Source: Candidatus Campbellbacteria bacterium (GTDB lineage: Bacteria; Patescibacteriota; Minisyncoccia; Phycocordibacterales; JAXHMZ01). From it: a stretch of DNA of 64,000 nucleotides. Positions within the stretch are counted from its first letter, which is position 1. Every line of letters starts with the position of its first letter. The stretch is taken from assembly GCA_034521025.1 (NCBI GenBank), contig JAXHMZ010000003.1, positions 79,726-143,725 of the forward strand, written 5' to 3'. The translations under genes were made by a program, and so were the position numbers. Shown one piece after another: positions 41,714-51,623 of the stretch. Under the pieces are notes generated by a model, which worked only from the letters and a program-made list of their open reading frames with translations, was not told the DNA's origin and ran no database searches.

Positions 41714-42745
41714 TCAGTCAAAATTTCCGATAAATTTAGCTTCGGCTTCTATTTCTATACCAGTTTTATCAAACACACATTTCTTTATCTCGCGAGTGAG
41801 GTCTCTAATATCATTGGCGGTTCCGTCATATGGATTAATAATAACCAAAGCATGTCTCTCGTACACCTTAACGCCTCCAACAGACGATCCTTTCATTTGG
41901 CAAATCTTTTCTATGATCCATGCCAGTGGGATCTTAACTTTCCCTGTTTTTGTCTCAAAGCCCGGCAGATCATCATAGTTCCTCCTAATATTTTCAAATT
42001 GCCTTTTTGGTATTTCAGGATTTTTAAAAAAGGAACCGACCGTAGGAAGTTCCCTCCAATCCGGAAGCTTCTTTCTTCTAATTTTTACCACTAATTCACG
42101 AACATCCTCCGGCGTTAGTTGTGAAAAATCTATTTTTTCCTTTTCGATTTCAAGTTGAATATCTTTGTAATCCAAATTTAGATTCCCGTTCTTCTGTAGC
42201 TCCAAAGTAACTTTCGTAATAATAAAGTTATTTGTTTGTTTGAATAAACTGTTGCGGTAAGAAAAATTACACTCCTCTTTTTGAAATACCTTATTCTTTT
42301 GTTCGCTAATATCAAAAGCCTCTACGGAGACAACGTTATCTTTCAGCTCGGATCCATAAGCGCCGATATTTTGGACAGGCGCTGCACCCACAGTACCCGG
42401 AATAAGTGATAGATTTTCTAATCCATATAACTCCCTTTCGGCACTTCTCTCGACCAACCTGTCCCAATTTTCGCCCGCTCCAGCTGTAACTTGAACATTA
42501 TTTTGATTATCTGTAAAAGAAATTCCCCTGATATCATTTTTTATAACCAACCCCTCAAAACCCTTATCCGAGACAATTATGTTGGATCCGCCCCCTAGCA
42601 CAAAAATTGGCAAGTTCTCTTTTTTAGCCCAACGCACCGCCTCGGCGACTTCATCTATATTAGATACCGAAGTAAAAAAGCGGGCATTTCCACCCACTTT
42701 CATAGTAGTCATATTTTTCAGCAAGACGCTCTTTTTTATATCCAT
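41714..42745 (-). CDS. murB: UDP-N-acetylenolpyruvoylglucosamine reductase
   Basis: GGGSN, GLENLSLIPGTVGAAPVQNIGAYG, GSFFKNP and HALVIIN; start set at MDIKK. Confidence 0.94.
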   Translation of the reverse strand: MDIKKSVLLKNMTTMKVGGNARFFTSVSNIDEVAEAVRWAKKENLPIFVLGGGSNIIVSDKGFEGLVIKNDIRGISFTDNQNNVQVTAGAGENWDRLVERSAERELYGLENLSLIPGTVGAAPVQNIGAYGSELKDNVVSVEAFDISEQKNKVFQKEECNFSYRNSLFKQTNNFIITKVTLELQKNGNLNLDYKDIQLEIEKEKIDFSQLTPEDVRELVVKIRRKKLPDWRELPTVGSFFKNPEIPKRQFENIRRNYDDLPGFETKTGKVKIPLAWIIEKICQMKGSSVGGVKVYERHALVIINPYDGTANDIRDLTREIKKCVFDKTGIEIEAEAKFIGNFD

Positions 42746-42830
42746 AGTTACAACTAGAGGTGACCGGCGGGTACGAGCTCCAAATGTCAAAATCTGAGTG
42801 CAGCCGCCGGCCACCTCTGGCTATAACCAC
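42744..42830 (-). promoter_or_regulatory. Long hairpin 5' leader covering the murB start codon
   Basis: gtggttatagccagaggtggccggcgg pairs with ccgccggtcacctctagttgtaactat (26 of 27 pairs, including G-U); promoter TTGTGA-18-TATACT immediately upstream. Confidence 0.6.
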
Positions 42831-42867
42831 ACGTAAAGTATAACAAACATTTTTTGAATTTCACAAG

Positions 42868-42933
42868 CAAAAACACAAAATCCCCCGGAAGGGGATTTTG
42901 TGTTGACATTTGCAGGAGCTCGCCTGCACTCGG
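42868..42933 (-). ncRNA. Candidate ~65-nt small RNA complementary to the murB leader loop
   Basis: Promoter TTGACA-17-TAGGAT (42939-42967), no ORF, hairpin TGCAGG-CGAGCT-CCTGCA, terminator 42872-42904. Confidence 0.55.
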
Positions 42934-42978
42934 AGTTAATCCTAACAATATTGTTCTACTTTGTCAACTTTAGTATCT

Positions 42979-44169
42979 TCAAACGGCCAACTTTTCAATC
43001 ATTAGCTCGAGTTCTCCTAGTATCTCTTCGTACTTCCCCATCGGTTCTTTTTTATAATTCACAAACTCATCGACAACTTCACCATTGCCATCCAAAAGAA
43101 ACACCGGTTTTGTGCCAACTTTTCCCTCTAGACTTACCGACATAATTTCTTCTGGAAGAATATGAGTACCTTTAGCGAAAGTAATTGCCCTGTCTTCCTT
43201 TTCGATCCTCCAATCCGATACGTCCAATTCATACGGACTTTCGTTTCTTACTTCCACCCACTCTTCGGTAGCATCGTTTAAAGCTAAGCTATTAGTTTCT
43301 ACAACTTCTATTTTTACTCTATCGCGGTAAGTATTGTTATCATGCTCTACCAAAAGGATGACGCTGTAAAAACCGGGCCTGTCATACGAATGCCTAACTA
43401 CATCGCCTCTGTCACCTTTTCCGTCACCAAAAGCCCAAATTAGATCTCGGCCCCCGACCTTCTCACCTCCTTCGAATTTGGCTCTGCCGATAAAACGAAC
43501 ATCCTCGCCCACAAAAGCCCTTTTATTTTCTCCGGCGCTCAAATAAAGATCTTCGTCCTCAAATGGCCATTCACTTTCTAGGTTACTGAACGAGTCCTCG
43601 CTATCTGAATCTTTTGTATCTTCCGACGCGCCTTCTTCCTCATTTGGCGGCTCAAAAACAGTGGTTGTATTTTCTTCACCGGGAGTTGGCAGTCCTTCTA
43701 TCCAGTCCGCATTCTCTTGTTTTTGCAAGGAAGCTCCATTTCCACCGGCTCCCCACTCAGAGTCATACTGAACACTATCAATAATATTTCCGGAGGCATC
43801 TTTGAAGGCAATTAACTCCCCGGTGTTATTTAATGAAAAGACGCTGTCGAAAACAGCGCCTTCATATTGGGGGAAATCCTGGAGGAATTTATCAGGGTCA
43901 TCTGCTAATACCGCGTGAGAATTCGCGCTCAGATCAGTGCTGCCTAAAAAGTTCTCAATTCTGTGATTGGTGTCGTTCTCAAAGAAACCGAGCTCAGTTA
44001 TATTTACCGATTGAGCACTCCCGTTATATATTTCTACCCACTCAAAACCACTGTCTGTTCCTTTTCTGTCGTAAAAAATTTCCGTTATTTCAATTTGCGC
44101 GAAAGCAAAGCTTGGAAGCGCGTAGCTACTCAATAAAATAGCGATAAATATAAGTTGTTTTTTATTCAT
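42979..44169 (-). CDS. Secreted lamin-tail-domain + PKD-domain protein
   Basis: ITEIFYD..G.D...EWVEIYN, LNNTGE, PTPG.EN and WAFGDG...HSY..PG.Y. Confidence 0.8.
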   Translation of the reverse strand: MNKKQLIFIAILLSSYALPSFAFAQIEITEIFYDRKGTDSGFEWVEIYNGSAQSVNITELGFFENDTNHRIENFLGSTDLSANSHAVLADDPDKFLQDFPQYEGAVFDSVFSLNNTGELIAFKDASGNIIDSVQYDSEWGAGGNGASLQKQENADWIEGLPTPGEENTTTVFEPPNEEEGASEDTKDSDSEDSFSNLESEWPFEDEDLYLSAGENKRAFVGEDVRFIGRAKFEGGEKVGGRDLIWAFGDGKGDRGDVVRHSYDRPGFYSVILLVEHDNNTYRDRVKIEVVETNSLALNDATEEWVEVRNESPYELDVSDWRIEKEDRAITFAKGTHILPEEIMSVSLEGKVGTKPVFLLDGNGEVVDEFVNYKKEPMGKYEEILGELELMIEKLAV

Positions 44170-45895
44170 TGTTGTAGTCCTCGTCTACGCGTAGGATCTT
44201 TTTTAATTTATTCTTTGGGATTTCATTTGTTTTTTCTAAAGATTCAGAATTGTTATTAGTAAAGCTATCTCTATTATCTCGCAATGGTTTCTGTTCTGAT
44301 TTTTTCTCTTTGTCTTTAGTCTCTTTTGGTGGTCTGATCTTTTCTTTATTACCAACTTGATCGCTTTTCATCTTCTCATCGATCGCCGGAGAAGCTGGTT
44401 CGGGAGCGCCGGTCAGATTCTTTAAAGCTTCGCGTAAGCTGTTTCGGTGATTCTCATCGCCGACCTTTGGCTTGTCATTGTTTTTTGTCTCTTTAGGTGT
44501 TTCTTCTCGGGGCGCTTTCTCTTTTTGTGTTGTCTCTTTTTTGTAATTCGGCTTTTTGTCTTGCCTAGGGGCTTTTCCCTTGTCGATTCTCTCAGAATGA
44601 GAAGATTCTGTTTTTTCTTGACTCTTCTTAATTGTGGATTCAACGTCAGATCTCGGTGTTCCAAAGTTTTTGCGACTATGCGCTATAGCGACGTCACGAT
44701 ATGAAATACGAGGCTCCTCTATGGGTGGCATCGTAGTAGCAGAAAAAGGAGTTGAAGAAATACCATCTACCATCAACTTAAGATAGACCTGAGCAAAGCC
44801 AAGGTTGACCATATCCTCAGCGGTAAACTGCGGAGCAAACTCCTTTTCTAGAATTTCCGCGTCGTAAGCTCCAACCCTGAACGAGATCATAGTCCCAACG
44901 TTACCAAAAACGGCCGCGCGCACCTCCTCAGACATCTGTTCAATATACTGGTGAGCTATAGTTAAATTGAGTTTGTATTTGCGGGCCTCGGAAAGAATGT
45001 TAGCGAAACTTTCATTGGCAAAGGATTGAAATTCATCTACGTAAAGATAAAAATTGGGCAACGTACTCATTATCTCGGGTGAGCTGTCGGCACGCGACAT
45101 AGCAGCAAGGTATATTTTTGTTATCAGCATCGACCCTAACAGGTTGGCGTTTTGCTCTCCGACCAACCCCTTTGAAAGGTTGATAATTATGATCTTTCGT
45201 TTGTCCATTATGTCACGAATATCAAACGACGATTTTGGCTGTCCGATGATATTGCGTATCAGTGGATTGGAGGTAAATTGTCCTACCTTGTTTTGAATAG
45301 CAGGAGTAGCTTCTTGCGCGTAGCGATCCGTGTAACTGGCAAATTCTTCTTCCCAGAATGATTTAACAAGCGGATCCTGAACGTAATCAACTACCTTTTT
45401 GCGGAAATCTTTATCGGTATACATTCTATTAATATCGAGCATTGTCGTTCCGGGATACTCAAGAAGCGCCAAGATCGTATTTCCGAGTATGTATTCCATC
45501 CGAGAGCTCCACGCGTCAATCCAGATCTTTTTGAATGCGCTCATTAATCCGTCTAATACCAAGTGGCGTTTATCTTCACCTACATCCTCCATCACATTAA
45601 ATGAGATGGGATGATCCACGTCGAAAGGAGCGAAGTAAAGAACGTCATCTACCCGTTCCTCAGGTATATACTCTAATAATTTCTCCGCTGTTGAACCGTG
45701 AGGATCCAGAAAGGCAATCCCATTACCTCTTTGGATATCCTGGATAGCCATGTTTTCAAGCAGGGTGGATTTACCCATTCCAGTCTTACCGATCACGTAA
45801 ACATGTCGCGTGCGATCTTTTGCCTTAATACCGAACTCTACATCTTTATTCCGGTGATCCGTTCGGGCAAAGTAGGTTACTCTTTCGTTATCCAT
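44162..45895 (-). CDS. VirD4/TraD-like (T4SS coupling/DUF87) ATPase with charged C-terminal tail
   Basis: RH.YVIGKTGMGKS Walker A; LDPHG, YVDEFQ and SEARKY.L.L.IAHQY. Confidence 0.85.
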   Translation of the reverse strand: MDNERVTYFARTDHRNKDVEFGIKAKDRTRHVYVIGKTGMGKSTLLENMAIQDIQRGNGIAFLDPHGSTAEKLLEYIPEERVDDVLYFAPFDVDHPISFNVMEDVGEDKRHLVLDGLMSAFKKIWIDAWSSRMEYILGNTILALLEYPGTTMLDINRMYTDKDFRKKVVDYVQDPLVKSFWEEEFASYTDRYAQEATPAIQNKVGQFTSNPLIRNIIGQPKSSFDIRDIMDKRKIIIINLSKGLVGEQNANLLGSMLITKIYLAAMSRADSSPEIMSTLPNFYLYVDEFQSFANESFANILSEARKYKLNLTIAHQYIEQMSEEVRAAVFGNVGTMISFRVGAYDAEILEKEFAPQFTAEDMVNLGFAQVYLKLMVDGISSTPFSATTMPPIEEPRISYRDVAIAHSRKNFGTPRSDVESTIKKSQEKTESSHSERIDKGKAPRQDKKPNYKKETTQKEKAPREETPKETKNNDKPKVGDENHRNSLREALKNLTGAPEPASPAIDEKMKSDQVGNKEKIRPPKETKDKEKKSEQKPLRDNRDSFTNNNSESLEKTNEIPKNKLKKILRVDEDYNNE

Positions 45896-45948
45896 AATTA
45901 AAGATATTGTAACAGAAAACAAAAATTCATAAATGTAAAATACGTTAT

Positions 45949-47307
45949 CTATTCGCTTTTTTGCTCAAGAGCCTCTAGCGTATAAACGTTTCCTGGGTCC
46001 CAAAGCATCCAAGAATCCAGTCCTGCCGCATATGTAGCCTCTATTTGCGCTCTTACATCCTCGGCATCATAGTCTCCTCCGTAATCAAAGTCCTGTAACC
46101 ACGGTCGAATTTTATCGGCTTCATAGGATTCTTTTGTATACAGGGTCTTTTTACATTCCGGCGGCAGTGGCTTCTCTTCAGTATCCGTACTACCTTCAGC
46201 TGACTCCGATTCTTCATTTTCCTCAACTTCGCACTTAATTACCTCTGAGTCCAAGGTTTTAATAATGCTGGAGTCAGCAACGGCTCTCTCCACCGCCGAG
46301 TCCATTACATACTTTATGAGCGGACCGGGTACCTCATTGGGGTTACTCCAACCATTGAATCCGGTCGGATAATGAGAGGGATAAACCATCGGAGATACGT
46401 AGTCAAAGTACGGAAGAGTTTTCTCCAGAACTTGACCAATTGACATATCATCAAAGTTGGTAGTTGTCATACCAAAAATATCAACCGAAGTGACAACGTT
46501 GGGAATTTCTTCTTCCAGAGTTTCGTCCAAGTACTTAAAAAATGTCTCCAAAGTATTGGCCTTGCTTGCAGTCCCTGTATGTGGGAATTGGATATCTTGC
46601 AAATTGCCATCAGTTGGATAACGGACATAATCAAAGTTAAGCTCATCAAAGCCGATATAATATGACTCCTTAGCTATTTCAACTGTGTGCTCCCAGGCCT
46701 CGCGAGCACCGACATCAATAAAAGCTAAACCTTTATCGTCTCTCCATACTGAACCGTCAGATGCCTTCTGAACCGCCCACTGAGGATTCTTCTCGACGTA
46801 ATAAGGATCTTGAAAAACCGTTATTCTACCAATGACATACACATCCTTTTCATGAAGTTTGGATATAAATCCTTCCATATCTTTTGCTCCACAGCGGCTG
46901 TTTTCCCAGAGCCCTAAAAGATCTTTGTTCTCAGGAACGAACGAGAGTGTTCCAGTGTAGTCCTTGATATCAATAACTATAGAATTTATCTCTGTAGTAT
47001 CAACGATCTCTATAAATCTTTCCCTGAATGATGGAGTACCTGCCGCGCAACTTGTCATATATACAGCCCTAACAGACTCCGGAGTTTCAATATGCCTTGT
47101 ATCAGACTCGTCTTTTTCTTCTTTATTATTCAACAGATCTCCCAATTTGTTAGCCACTCCCTCACCGGATCGATGTTCTATCTTGTAAGCAAAGAGTGAA
47201 GAATGATCAGCCAGTGCATACAAAAAAGCTCCCAAGCTGATCACTAAGACCATAACGGCAACTAGTAATTTTATCACTTTCCTTTTTTTTCTTCGTTTTC
47301 TGGCCAT
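45949..47307 (-). CDS. Putative glycoside hydrolase (DUF4015-like)
   Basis: INSIVIDIKD..G, RITVFQDP, GFDELNFDYVRYP, SPMVYPSHY and RPWLQDF motifs. Confidence 0.82.
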   Translation of the reverse strand: MARKRRKKRKVIKLLVAVMVLVISLGAFLYALADHSSLFAYKIEHRSGEGVANKLGDLLNNKEEKDESDTRHIETPESVRAVYMTSCAAGTPSFRERFIEIVDTTEINSIVIDIKDYTGTLSFVPENKDLLGLWENSRCGAKDMEGFISKLHEKDVYVIGRITVFQDPYYVEKNPQWAVQKASDGSVWRDDKGLAFIDVGAREAWEHTVEIAKESYYIGFDELNFDYVRYPTDGNLQDIQFPHTGTASKANTLETFFKYLDETLEEEIPNVVTSVDIFGMTTTNFDDMSIGQVLEKTLPYFDYVSPMVYPSHYPTGFNGWSNPNEVPGPLIKYVMDSAVERAVADSSIIKTLDSEVIKCEVEENEESESAEGSTDTEEKPLPPECKKTLYTKESYEADKIRPWLQDFDYGGDYDAEDVRAQIEATYAAGLDSWMLWDPGNVYTLEALEQKSE

Positions 47308-47313
47308 ACAAAA

Positions 47314-47631
47314 TTAATCTCCGCCCTCCATTGCCATTTCATTTGAACTGCTTCCATCGCTAACGCTAATTTTTCTTTCTTCTTCCGCAGAGGGGGATTT
47401 TTTAGCCTGCTTTTCCGTCGCTTTTTCTCCCTGTCTTTTTTTGCGTTCAATTTTCGCAAGAGCATGTACATACCCGGAGTAAAGAGAATATACCGAAATA
47501 CCTAAAATAAAAGTGCCTAAAACAGCAATAAAAGCATCATTCCAAGAATTCGGAAATCCCAAAAACGGTAGTAAGGTTAAGAACAGCGACAGAACTGCAA
47601 TAGCGGCTAATGCGTAAAAAGAAACCAACAT
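47314..47631 (-). CDS. Hypothetical 2-TM protein
   Basis: LPFLGFP.SW pattern; TATACT 6 nt before ATG. Confidence 0.65.
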   Translation of the reverse strand: MLVSFYALAAIAVLSLFLTLLPFLGFPNSWNDAFIAVLGTFILGISVYSLYSGYVHALAKIERKKRQGEKATEKQAKKSPSAEEERKISVSDGSSSNEMAMEGGD

Positions 47632-47645
47632 GTCTCAAGTATACA

Positions 47646-48326
47646 CTATTTTCTACCGCCAATCATGAGGATAATTTCCCCTTTTATATTTTCTCTTTCA
47701 GAAAAAGTGAGCAAAACTTCTTCGGGGCTACCTCCTACGATTTCTTCAAAATACTTGGTTAATTCACGCAAAACGACAACCTTATATGTACTATCCAAAA
47801 TATCAGATAATTTTTTTAAGGTTTTGATAAGTCTATGCGGTGATTCGTATATTACTACGGTGCGCTTGGACTCACTGATCTCTTGAAATAAAGTTTCCCT
47901 CCCCTTTTTATGAGGCAAAAAGCCTAGAAAAAGAAATTCACTCACGGGTAGTCCGGCTACACTAAGAGCAGCTGTTAGCGAACTCGGTCCCGGGATCGGC
48001 TGTATTTTTACTTCCGGAAGTTGCTCGCGTACTTTTGCCACTAATTGCGCACCCGGATCAGACACTGCTGGTGTACCCGCGTCTGTCACCAAAGCAACGT
48101 TTCTACCATCTTTTAAAACCTCTAACACTCTATCGATCTTTTTGTTTTCCGTGCGAGCGTTTAAGCTTTCCGCTGAAGTCTCAATGTCAAAGTTAGCCGT
48201 AAGCTTTCGCGTAACGCGAGTATCTTCACAAAAGATCAGATCCACTTGCCTCAGAGTGGAAACGGCTCTGAATGTAATATCTTCTAAATTGCCTATCGGA
48301 GTTGCTACTATATAGAGATTTCCCAT
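47646..48326 (-). CDS. rsmI: 16S rRNA C1402 2'-O-methyltransferase
   Basis: LYIVATPIGNLEDIT, CEDTR, DAGTP.VSDPG, YESPHR and RELTK motifs. Confidence 0.95.
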   Translation of the reverse strand: MGNLYIVATPIGNLEDITFRAVSTLRQVDLIFCEDTRVTRKLTANFDIETSAESLNARTENKKIDRVLEVLKDGRNVALVTDAGTPAVSDPGAQLVAKVREQLPEVKIQPIPGPSSLTAALSVAGLPVSEFLFLGFLPHKKGRETLFQEISESKRTVVIYESPHRLIKTLKKLSDILDSTYKVVVLRELTKYFEEIVGGSPEEVLLTFSERENIKGEIILMIGGRK

Positions 48327-48330
48327 AAAA

Positions 48331-49617
48331 CTACAATAAGCTTTCTGCTACCTTGTATACATCGCCGGCGCCAATCGTCATAACAACGTCATTCTCTTTG
48401 GCGTCTTTGATTATATGATCCTTTGCCTCTTCAAAAGAATCAAGATACGTAACATTTTCGTGATGTTTTTCTATTTCTTTAACCAGATCTTTACTACTCA
48501 CGGATCCATCGTCTTTTTCACGAGCCTTATAAATAGGAAGTATCAAAACCTGGTCGGCATCTTCAAAAGCAAGAGAAAAATCTTTTAAAAACGACTTGGT
48601 GCGGCTAAAAAGGTGCGGTTGGAATACCGCTATTATATTTTTTCCGGCAAATTTTTCCTTAGCCGCGCTGAGTGTAGCTTTAATTTCAGTAGGATGGTGA
48701 GCATAGTCATCATATATTAAAACCCCATTATCGCTTTTGCCTTTTTCTTCAAATCGGCGCCAGGTTCCCGAGAAGTCTCTGAGAGCTTGCATAGATTCCT
48801 GTCTTTCAGCACCCAATTCGCGAACGATCGTTAATGCCACAGCCGCATTTTTGCGGTTATGCTCTCCCGGTAGCGAAATATTAATTTCATTCAGTACTTC
48901 TCTGTAATCAACAACACGCGCCTCCACTCCTTCTGTCGCTTTTGCGGCATTTTCATCTTCTGAATCAACGATTATTACACCATCCTTGCTGACCTTCTTT
49001 GCGAGTTCACTAAACGCCCTTATCACATCATTAACGTCTTTATAATAATCGAGATGGTCGGCTTCTATATTGGTAATAGCCAAAATATATGGCTGAAGAT
49101 GACTAAAAGATTCTCTGTATTCACAAGCTTCTACTAAAAACAGATCGCTATTGCCGGAAACATAATTTGATTTATGGCTTTTCAAAAGACTACCGACGAC
49201 AACCGTAGGCTCAAGTCCTCCGGCTATCATAGCTTCGGCGGTCATAGCTGTAGTAGTTGTTTTTCCGTGAGTCCCTGAGATAGCTATTGTCCTATGAGAA
49301 CGTGAAAGATAGCCAAGAATTTCGGGATAGCTAAATACTTTGATCCGCAACTCACGAGCTAGCTCTAATTCCGGATTGTCATCAGGCACGGCTATGGTGT
49401 AGACAACCATATCCGCGTCTTTTGGTACATTCTCTTTTTCTTGACTGTAAAAAATTTTCGCCCCGAGCAATTCTAGTTCTTCGGTTACTCTGTTTTTAGA
49501 CAAATCAGATCCGCTAACCACAGAACCACGCTCAAGAAACATTCTAGCTATTGCTGAAACTCCAATACCGCCGATGCCGATAAAATGTATTTTGTGCTTG
49601 AGTTCAACTTCGTTCAT
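48331..49617 (-). CDS. murC: UDP-MurNAc-L-alanine ligase
   Basis: GIGGIGVS, GTHGKTTT, DDYAHHPTEI and FQPH..SRT motifs. Confidence 0.95.
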   Translation of the reverse strand: MNEVELKHKIHFIGIGGIGVSAIARMFLERGSVVSGSDLSKNRVTEELELLGAKIFYSQEKENVPKDADMVVYTIAVPDDNPELELARELRIKVFSYPEILGYLSRSHRTIAISGTHGKTTTTAMTAEAMIAGGLEPTVVVGSLLKSHKSNYVSGNSDLFLVEACEYRESFSHLQPYILAITNIEADHLDYYKDVNDVIRAFSELAKKVSKDGVIIVDSEDENAAKATEGVEARVVDYREVLNEINISLPGEHNRKNAAVALTIVRELGAERQESMQALRDFSGTWRRFEEKGKSDNGVLIYDDYAHHPTEIKATLSAAKEKFAGKNIIAVFQPHLFSRTKSFLKDFSLAFEDADQVLILPIYKAREKDDGSVSSKDLVKEIEKHHENVTYLDSFEEAKDHIIKDAKENDVVMTIGAGDVYKVAESLL

Positions 49618-50077
49618 ATTTTTTGTGAAATTCTACTATTTCTTCGAGCATTTTATTTCTATCAACCTTTACTTTATCGAGCTCTTCGATAGATACCCAT
49701 TTGATCTCTCTGACCTCCGTAGGGTCTATTATACATTGTTTAGATTCAGATACCGCATAGAAGTGGTGCACAGTAACATTTTTATGAGGCCTAGAATCTT
49801 TTGAAGTGGCAAAAAGCGAAACAGTATTGAGATTCAAACCAACCTCTTCTTTAACTTCCCTTCTTAAGCCTTCTTCCAACTCTTCGTTTTTTCCAACAAA
49901 TCCACCGGGAAAAGTCCAGACATCATTTCCGTAATTCTGCTTGATCAATAACAACTCATCTCGATAGAAAATGCATCCCGTAGCCGCCGACCTCTCTCGC
50001 CTGTCGAAAAAGAGCCAGATCAATAACAACCTATGCAATACACCAATAGGTACAACTCTTTTTAGAAATTTTTCCAA
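49604..50077 (-). CDS. NUDIX hydrolase
   Basis: Nudix box GGFVGKNEELEEGLRREVKEEVGL. Confidence 0.85.
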   Translation of the reverse strand: MEKFLKRVVPIGVLHRLLLIWLFFDRRERSAATGCIFYRDELLLIKQNYGNDVWTFPGGFVGKNEELEEGLRREVKEEVGLNLNTVSLFATSKDSRPHKNVTVHHFYAVSESKQCIIDPTEVREIKWVSIEELDKVKVDRNKMLEEIVEFHKKYERS

Positions 50078-50082
50078 AAACT

Positions 50083-51432
50083 TTATAGCTTATTGATAAT
50101 CTCCCTAAACTGCTCACCCCGATCAAATTCATTTTTAAACATTCCAAATGAGGCGAATCCCGGAGAAAGAACTACGGCTGTACCCGAGTCAGCCAAGGAA
50201 AGAGCGGCCTCTACGGCTTCTTTCATAGAAGAAACGGGTTGAACGTTTTCAAATTTGCTTGCCGCAAGATCTGCTTGTAAACGCTCCGTTCCCTTTCCCG
50301 ATAACAACACTATCTCTGAGGCGTTGTCTTTTATGCTCTCGGCAAATTCTTTTATATCAAGCCCCTTATCCGAACCGCCGGCTATTAATATGATCTCGTA
50401 TTCATCCTTAAGCGAATCAAGCGCCGCAATGGCCGCTTCAGGAGTAGTGGCGGTCGTATCGTTAAAAAACGTTATTTCTTCTTTTACTCTTATCTTTTCC
50501 AGTCGCCCGGAGACGCCAACAAATTCGACTATATGTCCCTTCGCGACCTTTTCATCAACTCCGAGAGCATACAGTGCTTCTAAGGCGAGTCTCGCGTTAA
50601 ATCGATTATGGTCTCCGGCAATTGATAGCTCGGGAACTTCTCTAAGGTCATCCTTCGAACAAACTCGAACGTTTTTGTGCGGCGCCGGCAAATTGTATTT
50701 TTTCATATACTCATAAGCGCTGCTCCCGATTATAAGAATATCGTCTGTTTTTTGGTTTGCGTATATGGCTGACTTATCAAAAAAATATGCTTCCATATCG
50801 TTCTTGTAGTAATCCATATGGTCCGGCATAAAGGTAGTAAAAACAGAGATGTGGGGAGAAATGCCACGACTGCGAAATCCTTGCAATTGCCAACTGTCTA
50901 ATTCAAGTACGGCTATATCCCCTTCTTCCGCTTGGTTTAAGTAAGCAAGTGTTGAGACACCCTGTAAGTTTCCGCCGAGAAAGATATTCTTTGAAATGTG
51001 GCCTGCGCTCTTTTCTGATTCAAGTGCTCTAAATATCATTTGCGCCACTGTCGTTTTCCCTCTGGTTCCGGTAACACCTACCACTTTTGCTCCTGAAAGA
51101 TCAGCAAAAAGCGCAGTGGACATCTCAACTGGGATATCGTTTTTTCTCGCCTCCTCTATATACGGAGAATCAAGAGGCACCCCGGCCCCCTTGATAATAA
51201 GATCTTTGCTTTGAAAATCCTCAAACCTATGACCACTTAATACAAACTTTATATTATTAAAACCCTGAAGACGCTTTAAGGACGGCGCCAATTCTTCTTC
51301 AGTTTTAATATCCGTAACAGTCAGATCGGCTCCCTTTTGAGCCAAAAATTCAACATCTCCAACCCCACGCCCAAGCAAACCCAGCCCCATCACTGTTATT
51401 TTCTTGTCTTTAAAGTAGTCTTTTTTATCCAT
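50083..51432 (-). CDS. murD: UDP-MurNAc-L-Ala-D-Glu ligase
   Basis: GTRGKTT, ELDSWQL, DHMD, NDTTAT and SPGFASFGMF.N..DRG motifs. Confidence 0.94.
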   Translation of the reverse strand: MDKKDYFKDKKITVMGLGLLGRGVGDVEFLAQKGADLTVTDIKTEEELAPSLKRLQGFNNIKFVLSGHRFEDFQSKDLIIKGAGVPLDSPYIEEARKNDIPVEMSTALFADLSGAKVVGVTGTRGKTTVAQMIFRALESEKSAGHISKNIFLGGNLQGVSTLAYLNQAEEGDIAVLELDSWQLQGFRSRGISPHISVFTTFMPDHMDYYKNDMEAYFFDKSAIYANQKTDDILIIGSSAYEYMKKYNLPAPHKNVRVCSKDDLREVPELSIAGDHNRFNARLALEALYALGVDEKVAKGHIVEFVGVSGRLEKIRVKEEITFFNDTTATTPEAAIAALDSLKDEYEIILIAGGSDKGLDIKEFAESIKDNASEIVLLSGKGTERLQADLAASKFENVQPVSSMKEAVEAALSLADSGTAVVLSPGFASFGMFKNEFDRGEQFREIINKL

Positions 51433-51611
51433 GGTATTAATTGTAAGAGATTATTCGCAAGCTGGGTTTAAGAAAGGGGTCGGGAAAACATTTGTTTTCC
51501 CGCGTCGGAGAGCAGTGTAGCAAAGCGAAACGTTGAGAACCGAGGGTTCTCAAGGAGCCAAGCGACGCCAAGCCCCATCACTGTTATTTTCTTGTCTTTA
51601 AAGTAGTCTTT
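51383..51611. repeat. 41-bp direct repeat of the murD 5' coding end (51383-51423 and 51571-51611) flanking a palindrome-rich insert
   Basis: agccccatcactgttattttcttgtctttaaagtagtcttt occurs twice; the insert contains cgggaaaaca-tt-tgttttcccg and ttgagaacc-gag-ggttctcaa hairpins. Confidence 0.85.
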
Positions 51612-51623
51612 GTTGTTATTCAT
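51468..51623 (-). pseudogene. Truncated duplicate of the murD N-terminus fused to insert sequence
   Basis: MNNNKDYFKDKKITVMGLG matches murD MDKKDYFKDKKITVMGLG, then diverges. Confidence 0.65.

Noticed and set aside
42744-42830. SRP (4.5S) or 6S RNA
   Set aside because: It lacks the SRP GNRA-capped domain IV motif and is too short for 6S; kept as an unknown leader.
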